Shown here: positions 50,096 to 59,198 of the stretch, in pieces | Numbering within the stretch: position 1 is the first letter of the stretch | Layout: each line of letters opens with the position of its first letter | Source of the DNA: a virus | Direction: 5' to 3' (one strand) | DNA length: 64,000 bases | IMG/VR virus record: IMGVR_UViG_3300038461_000101 | Coordinates: 24,724-88,723 of that record | Program-made: the position numbers and the translations under genes | The notes under the pieces: model-generated | The model's input: only the letters and a program-made list of their open reading frames with translations | What the model was told of the DNA's origin: nothing | Databases searched by the model: none

Positions 50096-51487
50096 TCAAT
50101 GTAGCAATGAGGAGACATGGCTCAGCTCGTCTGGTCGATAGACAAGAATCTCTTCTGCAGCAGCTTTGCAATCAGGAAGGTTCTCTCTTGGAACAGGCAA
50201 ATTGAATGGCGATAATAGAAAATTCAATCTTCTGAAACCCCCATCTTCAATATCGGTATTTACCCTGGTTTTGGGATTGTTGGTGATAAGGATATATTGA
50301 TTGGTGACAGAAAGTAGGTTTTTCAAAGCAAGGTAAATATTCTCAAAGCAAAGATGAAAGAGAACGTCCCGGCAAAGAACCAGATCTGCTCTATCAAGTT
50401 GATCCTTGGTGATGTCGGCCACCTTGAAGAAAATGAAGGGTGGTTTGGTCGAACCATATGCTTGCTGGTTTTTCCTGACGAGTTCAGGAACAATATCATA
50501 CCCAATATAGGGAACCGATAGGCCAATCTTGCGCATCCAGTTGAAATCCCCACAGCCAGCGTCAATCATGGATCGAATATGGTGGGACTGGATGAATTTA
50601 GGTAGCCATGCACGAATATCAGTTGTGTGAATCAGTTCAGATCCCCGACCACTCTTAGTTTCTTTACTAAGCCAAAAATCACTATTATAGATGGCTGAAA
50701 ATATATCCTGCATGTTCTTAGACTTATCAAGATTACCATCTGGTTCTTCTGGTACTTCATTGGGATCCACAATGCCTTTGTCTCTTGCAGTCCACCATTT
50801 GTGCCAGATGACAATTGGCATATCGGGTTGTCGCCGGTGGTGATAGTTCCATACTGAAGGAAGATGGAGGATCTTGGTTTCGGGCATGAGATGTTCGGTC
50901 CGAATGAATGCTAGTTGCTCATCCCAATGAGAAAAACGTTCCCATTCTCCATACCAACCATTGAAGAACTGAGTGGCTGCCAGTCCCTTGTGAAAGAAGA
51001 TAACTCCAGTATTGATTAGTTTGTTCTGGTCGCCACCAAGGAGTTTGTGGGTATAGTCCCGTTCTTTCTTTGGAACATCCCATTGGGGGCCAGCTGCACC
51101 ATCATCCCGATAGAGATCTTCGACATGCCATTTACGGGAATAAGCAATACAGAGATCGTGGTCAAATAAGATCTTGAATCCAGGAAGAATATCACCACAA
51201 ATCTCAGTATCTGCATCCAGGTAAAGATTGTATTCAAAGGGAGAGTATTGAATAAGGAATGGCTTGATCCGAGCTGCATAGAAACTATATTTTACTGGTG
51301 CACCTTCTTCCCAAGGGGATTGTCCTTTCCAGGGAATGAAAGTTGTTCCTTCAACCGGATGCGTTCCAATTGAGATGGCTGGTATGTTGCCAGAATAGTG
51401 CCGAGCCGATTCCAGACTTTCTTTGGCTGCCTGGGCCGATACTTCTCCGAATGAGATGTAGATGATACCAATATTGAGATTGCTCAT
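50096..51487 (-). CDS. GT-A glycosyltransferase fused to class I SAM methyltransferase
   Basis: LYLDADT (DxD), NTGVIFF, DEQLAF, WN; then SGRGS, IDAGCGDFNW, DLVLCRDVLFHL. Confidence 0.8.
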   Translation of the reverse strand: MSNLNIGIIYISFGEVSAQAAKESLESARHYSGNIPAISIGTHPVEGTTFIPWKGQSPWEEGAPVKYSFYAARIKPFLIQYSPFEYNLYLDADTEICGDILPGFKILFDHDLCIAYSRKWHVEDLYRDDGAAGPQWDVPKKERDYTHKLLGGDQNKLINTGVIFFHKGLAATQFFNGWYGEWERFSHWDEQLAFIRTEHLMPETKILHLPSVWNYHHRRQPDMPIVIWHKWWTARDKGIVDPNEVPEEPDGNLDKSKNMQDIFSAIYNSDFWLSKETKSGRGSELIHTTDIRAWLPKFIQSHHIRSMIDAGCGDFNWMRKIGLSVPYIGYDIVPELVRKNQQAYGSTKPPFIFFKVADITKDQLDRADLVLCRDVLFHLCFENIYLALKNLLSVTNQYILITNNPKTRVNTDIEDGGFRRLNFLLSPFNLPVPRENLPDCKAAAEEILVYRPDELSHVSSLLH

Positions 51488-52248
51488 GATTTCTCCTGAA
51501 TAAGTTTGGAAGGATGAGGGTCGTTTTTGCTACGAACATCACCAGAACCCCAATAATGATAGATGATGGATTTCCTACTTAGAGAATGGCTATTCCAATA
51601 TCCATTGAGTGGCTTGAATTTCACATCATCTTTGTGTTGGTAAAGTGCTCGAATGAGTGGCCCTTGCTCATCCCAGGCACGATATTTCAACCATTCCTTA
51701 TACCAATCAATGAATAATTCAGCAACAGCTGGTTTCTTCTTGAAGAAAATGATTCCTGAACAGATAATGCCATTGAATGGTTCGGGAATTTCTTTCAAGG
51801 TATCTTCTACACATTGCTGGCTGAAACCAAGTCTACTATCAAACTCTCTGATAATTTCCACCGATCGAAAATTTGGTTCCCGGGCTTGCCATAGAAGGAA
51901 GTCACTCTCTCCAAGTTCTGCAAAACCAGACAATGGACTTTGCCTGAACTCTGTATCTGCATCAAGATATAGAGTCAAGTCAAAGGGTGACAAGCCATAT
52001 AGGTAAGGTTTGATCTCACCAGCATAGAACTTACCCGCAGGATCGCCTTTGACCCAGGGACTTTTTCCAATCCACTTGAAGAATGGATAACCACTCATTG
52101 GAAAGTCGCCTACAGATACTGCAGGAATACTTATTCCAAGATTACGCAGAGATGTCATACTTCTATCAGCACCTCTGGCGGCTCTTTCGCCAAAGGTAAT
52201 GTAGATGATGCCAATGGTCTTACCGTAAATCGTGGTAATGGTTTCCAT
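51484..52248 (-). CDS. GT-A (GT8-like) glycosyltransferase
   Basis: SPFDLTLYLDADT, SGIIFF, DEQGPL, WN...IYHY. Confidence 0.8.
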   Translation of the reverse strand: METITTIYGKTIGIIYITFGERAARGADRSMTSLRNLGISIPAVSVGDFPMSGYPFFKWIGKSPWVKGDPAGKFYAGEIKPYLYGLSPFDLTLYLDADTEFRQSPLSGFAELGESDFLLWQAREPNFRSVEIIREFDSRLGFSQQCVEDTLKEIPEPFNGIICSGIIFFKKKPAVAELFIDWYKEWLKYRAWDEQGPLIRALYQHKDDVKFKPLNGYWNSHSLSRKSIIYHYWGSGDVRSKNDPHPSKLIQEKS

Positions 52249-52825
52249 AAGTATCCACTTTCTTGATCAGAGTAATGGTAGACCATTCATGATGGTCAAT
52301 AACCCATTCAGGATTTTTTGCCAGAAACTCATCAATTGCTTTGGTAACTCCTGGAGAAGTATCTTCTCCAGTGTCTCGCCCACGATAATCATGGGCCATA
52401 ATTACCTTGGATAATGGCCCAAACCCAAAAATATCCGATCGTACAAACTCATATTCGTGATTTGCGTCTATCCAAAGAAGATCTATGAATTTGGGAATTT
52501 GTGACACTATTTCTTCAGAATTACAGTTGAGAAAAACAACATTGGTTACTCCAAGATCCTTCAAGCGTTTTGCGTTTCCTGCTGGTGAGTAATCAATGGA
52601 AAGTTCTTCTGGTCGGAGGATATGAGAATAGTTATCAACACTGATAATTCTGGCAAAAGAAGCAGAAGATCCGAGAACAAATGCCGACCGGCCAAACAAA
52701 CTACCAAGTTCAAGGATGAATCCATTCGCTGGAACTGCTTTGGCTCTTACCCATAATTCTGCAGCATCTTTCTCGCCAATGTATCCAGGAATGGTATCAA
52801 TTTCAGCAAAGTTGAATTTACGCAT
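52220..52825 (-). CDS. class I SAM methyltransferase (Methyltransf_24-like)
   Basis: LELGSLFGRS, IDLLWIDANHEYEFV..D, HDY, GV.KAIDE. Confidence 0.82.
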   Translation of the reverse strand: MRKFNFAEIDTIPGYIGEKDAAELWVRAKAVPANGFILELGSLFGRSAFVLGSSASFARIISVDNYSHILRPEELSIDYSPAGNAKRLKDLGVTNVVFLNCNSEEIVSQIPKFIDLLWIDANHEYEFVRSDIFGFGPLSKVIMAHDYRGRDTGEDTSPGVTKAIDEFLAKNPEWVIDHHEWSTITLIKKVDTYGNHYHDLR

Positions 52826-53632
52826 TTACCACCTACCTTTTGGATCTTTTACAATAAGATGTTTGTATTTTTCCCGATTTTCTCGAATGTAATCAGGAAA
52901 TGTCTCGTCAATGGGAACTGGCTGCCAAACTGAGTTTCTTCGACCTCCCAGGGGATCCAAACCATTCTGTATTCTTCGAATGCACTCAAGTCTTGAAATA
53001 TCAGTGTTGATCCCATGAAGTTGTTGATCTGGAGTGTTTACCAACTTGGTCTGAACCATATCTACACCACCCAGGTAACTCCAATGCCAACCTCCATAGA
53101 AGATGGTATGTGCTCCTCCAATTGGTTTTCTTTGACTGTGCCACATCCTGGTCTCTTGGGGAGTAACCATTTCTTGATAATGAATACTTCGAGTACCCAT
53201 ATTCCAATATGGTTCATCTGCAGCCCGAGTATTGAGATTATAGATGTAATAATCTTGGGAAAAGATGGAAATTCCCCGATCGTGGATCTCGTGGAACTTG
53301 GATGGCCGGGGAATCTCATCTACATCGGAAACCAGTATTAGATCATGTGGACGAGCCTTGGTAAGTCCCCTGGTTATACAATTACGCTGAAAATTCTCTG
53401 GGATCCAGAAATCAGCACTTTTTGGCATGTCTTTGACGATAATATGCACAATTTTGTCATTGAACTTGGTAAACCGATCTTTGTTCTGATCATAGAAGAG
53501 TGGTTTCTTCTTATTGGCATGTGTAGTAGTGGCTTCAACCAAAACGAAGCGATCAACGAATGGATAGAGAATATTCAGTCGAATTTCCAGAATATCCAGT
53601 TCGTTGAAGAACATGAAGGTGTCCCAAATCAT
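52826..53632 (-). CDS. GT17-family glycosyltransferase (beta-1,4-GlcNAc transferase-like)
   Basis: DTFMFFNELDILEIRL...VDRFVLVEA..TH...KPL.Y, E..QRN, SDVDEIP, GWHWSY. Confidence 0.85.
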   Translation of the reverse strand: MIWDTFMFFNELDILEIRLNILYPFVDRFVLVEATTTHANKKKPLFYDQNKDRFTKFNDKIVHIIVKDMPKSADFWIPENFQRNCITRGLTKARPHDLILVSDVDEIPRPSKFHEIHDRGISIFSQDYYIYNLNTRAADEPYWNMGTRSIHYQEMVTPQETRMWHSQRKPIGGAHTIFYGGWHWSYLGGVDMVQTKLVNTPDQQLHGINTDISRLECIRRIQNGLDPLGGRRNSVWQPVPIDETFPDYIRENREKYKHLIVKDPKGRW

Positions 53633-53643
53633 TATGCCTCTCC

Positions 53644-54009
53644 CTATATCTCATAAGCGATCGGTCTGGCAACACCACACCCTTTGGCATGTTTGTCACT
53701 GGCACCACAATATCGGGCATCCCGAGGGTTGACATGACCACACCAGAGACACTTCCACTCAACTGCATGAAAATGTTCAGTGAGAAATTGACTTTTCATG
53801 GTAAATGTGACCGGACCAGCTGCTTCAAATCGGCCAGATGTATGTTGAAGTCCCTGCAGATAAGTGGGGAAACGTTGACCAATTTCTTGAACTGGAACGG
53901 CATCCTGGGAGATATTTAGCTCAAAAGAAGCCACGAACATCTCAATTACCTGTCCATCCCCTGTTTCCAGGGTCAACTTGGCCTTTTTGATGGTCTGAGT
54001 GGCTGCCAT
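53644..54009 (-). CDS. zinc-ribbon protein
   Basis: WKCLWCGHVN...YCG...GCG. Confidence 0.6.
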   Translation of the reverse strand: MAATQTIKKAKLTLETGDGQVIEMFVASFELNISQDAVPVQEIGQRFPTYLQGLQHTSGRFEAAGPVTFTMKSQFLTEHFHAVEWKCLWCGHVNPRDARYCGASDKHAKGCGVARPIAYEI

Positions 54010-54011
54010 GA

Positions 54012-54161
54012 TCAATTTACCTTTACTGAAAAAGCTAGTGCTATTGCGATAACACCAATAGCTGTCAAATAAGATGTTGTAAGGCAAACAAGGTAAATTC
54101 CTATCAGTGCAACAAAAACAATAACGATACTTGTCAAAACACGCCTGGTTCGAAGATTCAT
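54012..54161 (-). CDS. 49-aa membrane peptide (not in ORF track)
   Basis: GGAG RBS; MNLRTRRVLTSIVIVFVALIGIYLVCLTTSYLTAIGVIAIALAFSVKVN*. Confidence 0.5.
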   Translation of the reverse strand: MNLRTRRVLTSIVIVFVALIGIYLVCLTTSYLTAIGVIAIALAFSVKVN

Positions 54162-54191
54162 CTGCTCTATCTCCATTCTTCCAATTGGAAA

Positions 54192-54521
54192 TTATAGGTT
54201 TACAAAGATTTTGGTATGGGGATCGACCTTGTTTCTGAAGACTTTGAAAATATCATCCATGTGATCAACACCATCGGCTGGATATAGTCTGTGGTATTCA
54301 TCCTCTCCATACTCAACACGTCCAATGATGGTAACACCTTTCCAGAATTGAAAGTCTATTTGTAGTCTCAGGAAGTCCCTGAGAACATAGACAATGTATC
54401 CATTGAAATAGAATGGTTCCGATCGGTACATCTTAGGAACCGAATCTTCCATTTTGGAGCCACAACCCTTGCACTTTTTGGCAGTTGGTTCATTATCTAT
54501 ACCGCAATAGTTACATTTCAT
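54192..54521 (-). CDS. zinc-ribbon protein
   Basis: MKCNYCG..N....KKCKGCG. Confidence 0.6.
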   Translation of the reverse strand: MKCNYCGIDNEPTAKKCKGCGSKMEDSVPKMYRSEPFYFNGYIVYVLRDFLRLQIDFQFWKGVTIIGRVEYGEDEYHRLYPADGVDHMDDIFKVFRNKVDPHTKIFVNL

Positions 54522-54838
54522 GCTCTTATCCTGCTCTTTCCTGCTGTTCTAGGCTGAAGAGGAACATTTTGAACGGTTTCCCAATTTCCAATCTCAATTT
54601 CAAGCAAAATGGGTACATTTAGCTCTTTGGACATGATTTTTGTGAAATTCTCACAATTTTGGTGTGCATTTGGATATTTTAGGAGAAATCCAGCAAATTC
54701 AACCCATTCCCACCTGCCCATCCTGGGATCTTCGTCAATTTTTCCCCCTTTCATGGATCTGATCCACATTTGGGCCATCAATACTACTGCTTCCCCTTTG
54801 TAATGATCAGTCACGATCTGAAATGCTCTGATCTTCAC
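54518..54838 (-). CDS. hypothetical protein
   Basis: AAGGAG RBS, GTG start. Confidence 0.55.
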   Translation of the reverse strand: MKIRAFQIVTDHYKGEAVVLMAQMWIRSMKGGKIDEDPRMGRWEWVEFAGFLLKYPNAHQNCENFTKIMSKELNVPILLEIEIGNWETVQNVPLQPRTAGKSRIRA

Positions 54839-55209
54839 TGGAATCTCCTTGCTTCCCCATTATATACCGAAACCCCACTCTCTGCGCATGTGAGAATGGG
54901 GTTCGGGGCCTGTGGCAAACACGTACCGAAGGGGGTGAGATGCCTGAATATTCTACCACAACTTTCTTCAATGAACAAAAAGAAGACCACCTTTCAGTGG
55001 TCTTCACAATTTTTTGCAGGAGCCGGGATTACTTGCGATGATCACCGGATCACTCGGCCACAACCCGGCTCCATCATCAATTGGGTGTCCTGAGTTGGGT
55101 GAGGTCTGGAGCACTACCGGAAATGACAGACCTCCGAACTAAGTGGCTCAGCCACATATTTTTTATAGGGGACCGGTACGTTCTTCAGTTTATCCCAAAA
55201 AATATCAAC

Positions 55210-55488
55210 TTATAACCGGCTAACGGCCACGATCGCTGCAGCAATGGCCGCTGCCGTTGTGCCATCCATGATCACGATGGATCCCAGGTTTGCGTCTGGA
55301 ACTTCCACGCCAACCGTGGGATCCGAAGACCATTCTGGGCCATGTAACTGACCGACACCAGACAGGGTGAAATTACCTTCACCATCCATTTCAACCTGGA
55401 TGCCAGTGAGGGCAATTTCCACGTTGTTGATGGTCATCTTTGCCATCGAATCAACAGGAACGATTTCGGGATTGGTAGTGCCAGCCAT
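55210..55488 (-). CDS. hypothetical protein
   Basis: GGAGG RBS. Confidence 0.6.
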   Translation of the reverse strand: MAGTTNPEIVPVDSMAKMTINNVEIALTGIQVEMDGEGNFTLSGVGQLHGPEWSSDPTVGVEVPDANLGSIVIMDGTTAAAIAAAIVAVSRL

Positions 55489-55552
55489 AATTACGCCTCC
55501 GTTTCAATTCGCACCTCCAAGAGGGAGATGACAATGAAAACACCTACGCAGA

Positions 55553-55813
55553 TTACGCAGGTGTTGAAATAACAGCCGTATTGACTTTCATGAGCAGACC
55601 GATCTCTTTCATGGTCTCACCCTGGGCTCCATCTGTCCACTTACCTGCATGGAGATACCCCATCGCCACGAAATCGGTCGTGTCATCCAGGTTGCCGACG
55701 ACCTTCAATGCGTACATCGGAACCAATACTCCCTCCAGGGTAAAGTACCCTACGGGACTTCCATCAGCATTCGGGCCAAAAGTTCCAGTTGGTATAGGCC
55801 GTTCATTTGACAT
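55553..55813 (-). CDS. hypothetical protein
   Basis: AAGGAG RBS. Confidence 0.6.
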   Translation of the reverse strand: MSNERPIPTGTFGPNADGSPVGYFTLEGVLVPMYALKVVGNLDDTTDFVAMGYLHAGKWTDGAQGETMKEIGLLMKVNTAVISTPA

Positions 55814-55833
55814 ACTCACTCCTTTCGATTGCC

Positions 55834-56463
55834 TCATTCTATCACAACTTCATGGCCTGGAACATTGTCAAAGTTACGCATGTCCTTCTTCTCGATCGCC
55901 TTACTCTCCAGTATGACTGGATCTCCATGGGGACCAAACCGATTTTTCCCGGCAATCTTGAGCAGTTTTGCTTTCTCAAAATCCCGCATGTAATTCCATC
56001 CCCTCACCATGATCTGTGTTCTCCAAAGCTGACTTTCCAGGTATGCGATCAGGTCGGACGCATCTTCCTTGATCCCTATCCAGTCTGGAAGTTCAATTGT
56101 GACCCATAGAACATAATCATTATGCTCCATCTTCCTGGTCAGTTGAATTACACTGATCGCCCGGCCCATCGTAACCCAATTCACCCCTTTCACGGTCTTC
56201 ACTTCCACATTCCAACGCTTGTCCACTCTCAGATCTGACAGGGGATCTTTGTTCGTCACCGTTTCATGTCCCCAGGCAATGTACATCTTGAAGGCTGCCA
56301 CTTCTCCCAGGCAACCTATGATATGCACCAGATAGGAGTTGAGAAACGCCTCCCCTCCATGATGCTCCTGTACATCCCACTCATCCTTTCTTCTTTGCCC
56401 CTCTGCGATTGCTTCCTTTGTTTCACTTTCATTCAACCAAACCATGACCGGCTGTGCTTTCAT
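55834..56463 (-). CDS. putative PD-(D/E)xK nuclease-fold protein
   Basis: G.LGEVA...SDLRV....VEVKT. Confidence 0.55.
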   Translation of the reverse strand: MKAQPVMVWLNESETKEAIAEGQRRKDEWDVQEHHGGEAFLNSYLVHIIGCLGEVAAFKMYIAWGHETVTNKDPLSDLRVDKRWNVEVKTVKGVNWVTMGRAISVIQLTRKMEHNDYVLWVTIELPDWIGIKEDASDLIAYLESQLWRTQIMVRGWNYMRDFEKAKLLKIAGKNRFGPHGDPVILESKAIEKKDMRNFDNVPGHEVVIE

Positions 56464-56488
56464 ATGCTCTACTCTCCTTTTCTAAGAT

Positions 56489-56770
56489 CTATCGGTAGAA
56501 GGTCTCTCCTACCACATAGTAGATCAAACCATGTTCATACTTCTTCTTCACCTCATACAATTGGTCAATCAATAACTTCACTTTGTCCTCATCCACCTCC
56601 ACTACAAAACAAAAATTCTGCCAGGTTGCATCTGCCGGAGATCCACCCGCAAAATGTTGATGATGAAAATGATCCAATACTATATGTTCCATCTCCCGGA
56701 TCATTATCCCCCAATCCTCTTGCCTCAACCTGTCCTCCGTGTTCTCCACTAATACCGTAACCGTCTTCAC
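56489..56770 (-). CDS. hypothetical protein
   Basis: AGGAGG RBS, GTG start; first gene of the leftward block. Confidence 0.5.
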   Translation of the reverse strand: MKTVTVLVENTEDRLRQEDWGIMIREMEHIVLDHFHHQHFAGGSPADATWQNFCFVVEVDEDKVKLLIDQLYEVKKKYEHGLIYYVVGETFYR

Positions 56771-57178
56771 CTACCACCTCCTTTCTCTCATCTCATATAA
56801 CAATAGTATACCCCTCCTTTCCCCCATAGACATATACCCCAATTCCCCCTGCGGGGGTGCGAGAGGGTATGAGTGGGGGTATAGAAAGGGCAAAATGAAC
56901 ATAGGGGGAGTCTTGCCCAACTCTGAAAGCCTGCTAAACGTGCAGGTAGTCAGACACGGAATGGCGTTCCGTGCGCCCGATGTACCTGGGGCAACAGCCA
57001 AGACCGATGGTGCTACAGTCTGATGAAGCACTAAGAGTGATGAGTTCCCGGGGACTCATCCACTCTTCAGGATCATTGACCTACTTATGTCGATGATCCT
57101 GAAGAGTGCCTATCAAGGACACTTCTACTGCTACGCAGAGTTACTGCGCTTCTGGTACTGTAGCCAAAGGAGGCTATC

Positions 57179-57547
57179 ATGACCACTTCTGTACTTCTCC
57201 CCTTCAACCCTGAGACAGATCATCTTATCTGTCCTATTCATCACCAAGAAATTAGTGAGGAATATGGGTGTGGGCAGTGTAATGCACAGTCAAATGATCC
57301 TGATATTAGTGGATCTTCATTTTTGACTGGTAACACTGTATTGGAGAATGCCCTGGCTGTCTATCCCAACTACATTCACTTTGAGTGTGGTCATACTATA
57401 GAAGCTACTATCGGCATGATTGAGTCCCTTGATGATGGGACCGATCTATCTGAGTGTCCCGCATGTGCAAAGCGCACAAGAGACTTGGAACGATCGGCTG
57501 CTTATTCAAAGTGGCTCTTGAGTGAGATGAAAAGGGCACAATTCTAA
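57179..57547 (+). CDS. zinc-finger protein
   Basis: CPIH..CGQC and CGH...CPAC; AAGGAGG RBS. Confidence 0.65.
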   Translation: MTTSVLLPFNPETDHLICPIHHQEISEEYGCGQCNAQSNDPDISGSSFLTGNTVLENALAVYPNYIHFECGHTIEATIGMIESLDDGTDLSECPACAKRTRDLERSAAYSKWLLSEMKRAQF

Positions 57548-57687
57548 AGCGTAAAAGCAGATGCTACCTGCGATAAGCCCCCCGAGGAGGGGGGATGTGC
57601 CGGTGTAAAGCCGGTTTCCCCTTGCCGTGTCAAGGGTCTATGCTACAGCATTCTCTTCTCTTGGGCATCCAGAACAAGGAGATAACA

Positions 57688-57909
57688 ATGGAAGCTCAAA
57701 TCTGTCAGTTATTGATGAATTTCTGCAATCGTGCTCTTGAAGCAGAATATGACAAAATCAATACCAAGAGTATGCCCAATGGAACAAAAGTCTGTTCTAT
57801 TGATTTGACCAAGGAAGAACCTTGGTTGAAGTGTATCTATTCAAACCCATACCATGAAACACTGAAACAGACGGTGATCGTTCTACGCCATCTGTATCAG
57901 TATTGGTAA
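57688..57909 (+). CDS. hypothetical protein (73 aa) enclosed by an inverted repeat
   Basis: AAGGAG RBS before ATG 57688. Confidence 0.6.
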   Translation: MEAQICQLLMNFCNRALEAEYDKINTKSMPNGTKVCSIDLTKEEPWLKCIYSNPYHETLKQTVIVLRHLYQYW

Positions 57910-57967
57910 ATCAACTTATGCCCAGGAGAATAGAGTGCTGTAGCGGTGATGTCCAAGGAGGACTATC

Positions 57968-58180
57968 ATGAATAAGTTGGAAGTCACTACATTCCTTGCC
58001 TTACGGCATCAACTCAGATTGTGCAAACAGTACGATTGTTTGTTCAATAAGTTGATCACTATGCAAAAGCATAGTGCAAGATATATGCGTGAATACAAGA
58101 AAGCGCAATATCTTGAGTCATTGGTCAAGATAGGAGATGTTCGTCTTGCAACATATAAGAATCTCTTATTCAATCAATGA
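57968..58180 (+). CDS. hypothetical protein
   Basis: AAGGAGG RBS. Confidence 0.6.
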   Translation: MNKLEVTTFLALRHQLRLCKQYDCLFNKLITMQKHSARYMREYKKAQYLESLVKIGDVRLATYKNLLFNQ

Positions 58181-58197
58181 CAGGGCAACCTACCAAG

Positions 58198-58227
58198 AGC
58201 CCCCGAAGTTTAGGGGGCTTTTGGTTT
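58198..58227 (+). terminator. intrinsic terminator
   Basis: AGCCCCC-GAAGTTTA-GGGGGCT followed by TTTGGTTT. Confidence 0.65.
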
Positions 58228-58392
58228 GCTTGTACATAGACGCATGTATATAACGAACTTATATATATGCGTCCCTGCACAAGCAGGGCAAGAAGATCCA
58301 CTTATGACTATGGGGGTATTATGTTCCGATCCATAGCTCATAAGTGGATGAAAGCCGATCCACCATTCCACTATAGAAAGGAGGTGAAATAC

Positions 58393-58728
58393 ATGAATCG
58401 GCATTGCTCGAACACCAAGCGTCCTAAGTACCACGAAAACGCTGGTGGGGTCGCTCCCTATTGGGAAACAGACCCATCCATTGCTGCCCCTGTTCTTTTG
58501 GTTGCAAAACCAAGGATCATTGGTGGCAAAGGAAGTGGATGCTATGGCAATAACGCTACGAATGGTATGCCACAGCACGAAGCAAGTCAAATGGCTTCTC
58601 GCATCGAACGCCATACTGCCCATGTCATTATGCACAAGTTGGCATTGGGTACTATGGATCCCGATAAGCTGCCTATTGATTTTGTCAGCTCGGGTGCACG
58701 CGCAGAAGTCAACTATCGCGTTTCATAA
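58393..58728 (+). CDS. hypothetical protein
   Basis: AAGGAGGT RBS. Confidence 0.55.
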   Translation: MNRHCSNTKRPKYHENAGGVAPYWETDPSIAAPVLLVAKPRIIGGKGSGCYGNNATNGMPQHEASQMASRIERHTAHVIMHKLALGTMDPDKLPIDFVSSGARAEVNYRVS

Positions 58729-58874
58729 GCGATAACACTATATTCCCCTTGCCTGTTGGCTATATATAGCAGCAGGATCTGGCATGGATGGTGTCATATC
58801 CAACTAGCCCCCTGATGTCCAATCCTGGCTTCAGGGGGCGTTCACTGTTCACATTCTAATGACGAGGTGATTGT

Positions 58875-59147
58875 ATGGGCAAGAAAACAGAACGAGCTGG
58901 CAGAACAGCCAAAGGTACTCGCAATATGGCAAAGCGTGCTCACAAGCACACTCCTTTGCAGGATCATCGGGCAAAGGTTGAGGCAACCAAGAAGATCATC
59001 AACCTGGATGCTTCCCCCACCCTGGATCGCTCAATCGCTCAGATGGCACGCAAGTTCCAGATGCAGAAGGCTCATCCCATGACCTTTGCTCCGATCTTGC
59101 CTGAGATCGACGTTGAGTCCATGATTGTCAAGTACCAGAACTGGTAA
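58875..59147 (+). CDS. small basic hypothetical protein
   Basis: GAGGTG RBS; Lys/Arg-rich N-terminus. Confidence 0.6.
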   Translation: MGKKTERAGRTAKGTRNMAKRAHKHTPLQDHRAKVEATKKIINLDASPTLDRSIAQMARKFQMQKAHPMTFAPILPEIDVESMIVKYQNW

Positions 59148-59198
59148 GATGTACTAAAGAGACTGGCAGCAGGTAAAATAGACCCACCAGTCTCTCAT

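Noticed and set aside
57020-57060. CTGATGA suggesting a hammerhead ribozyme
   Set aside because: No GAAA after the following stem, so the catalytic core is incomplete.
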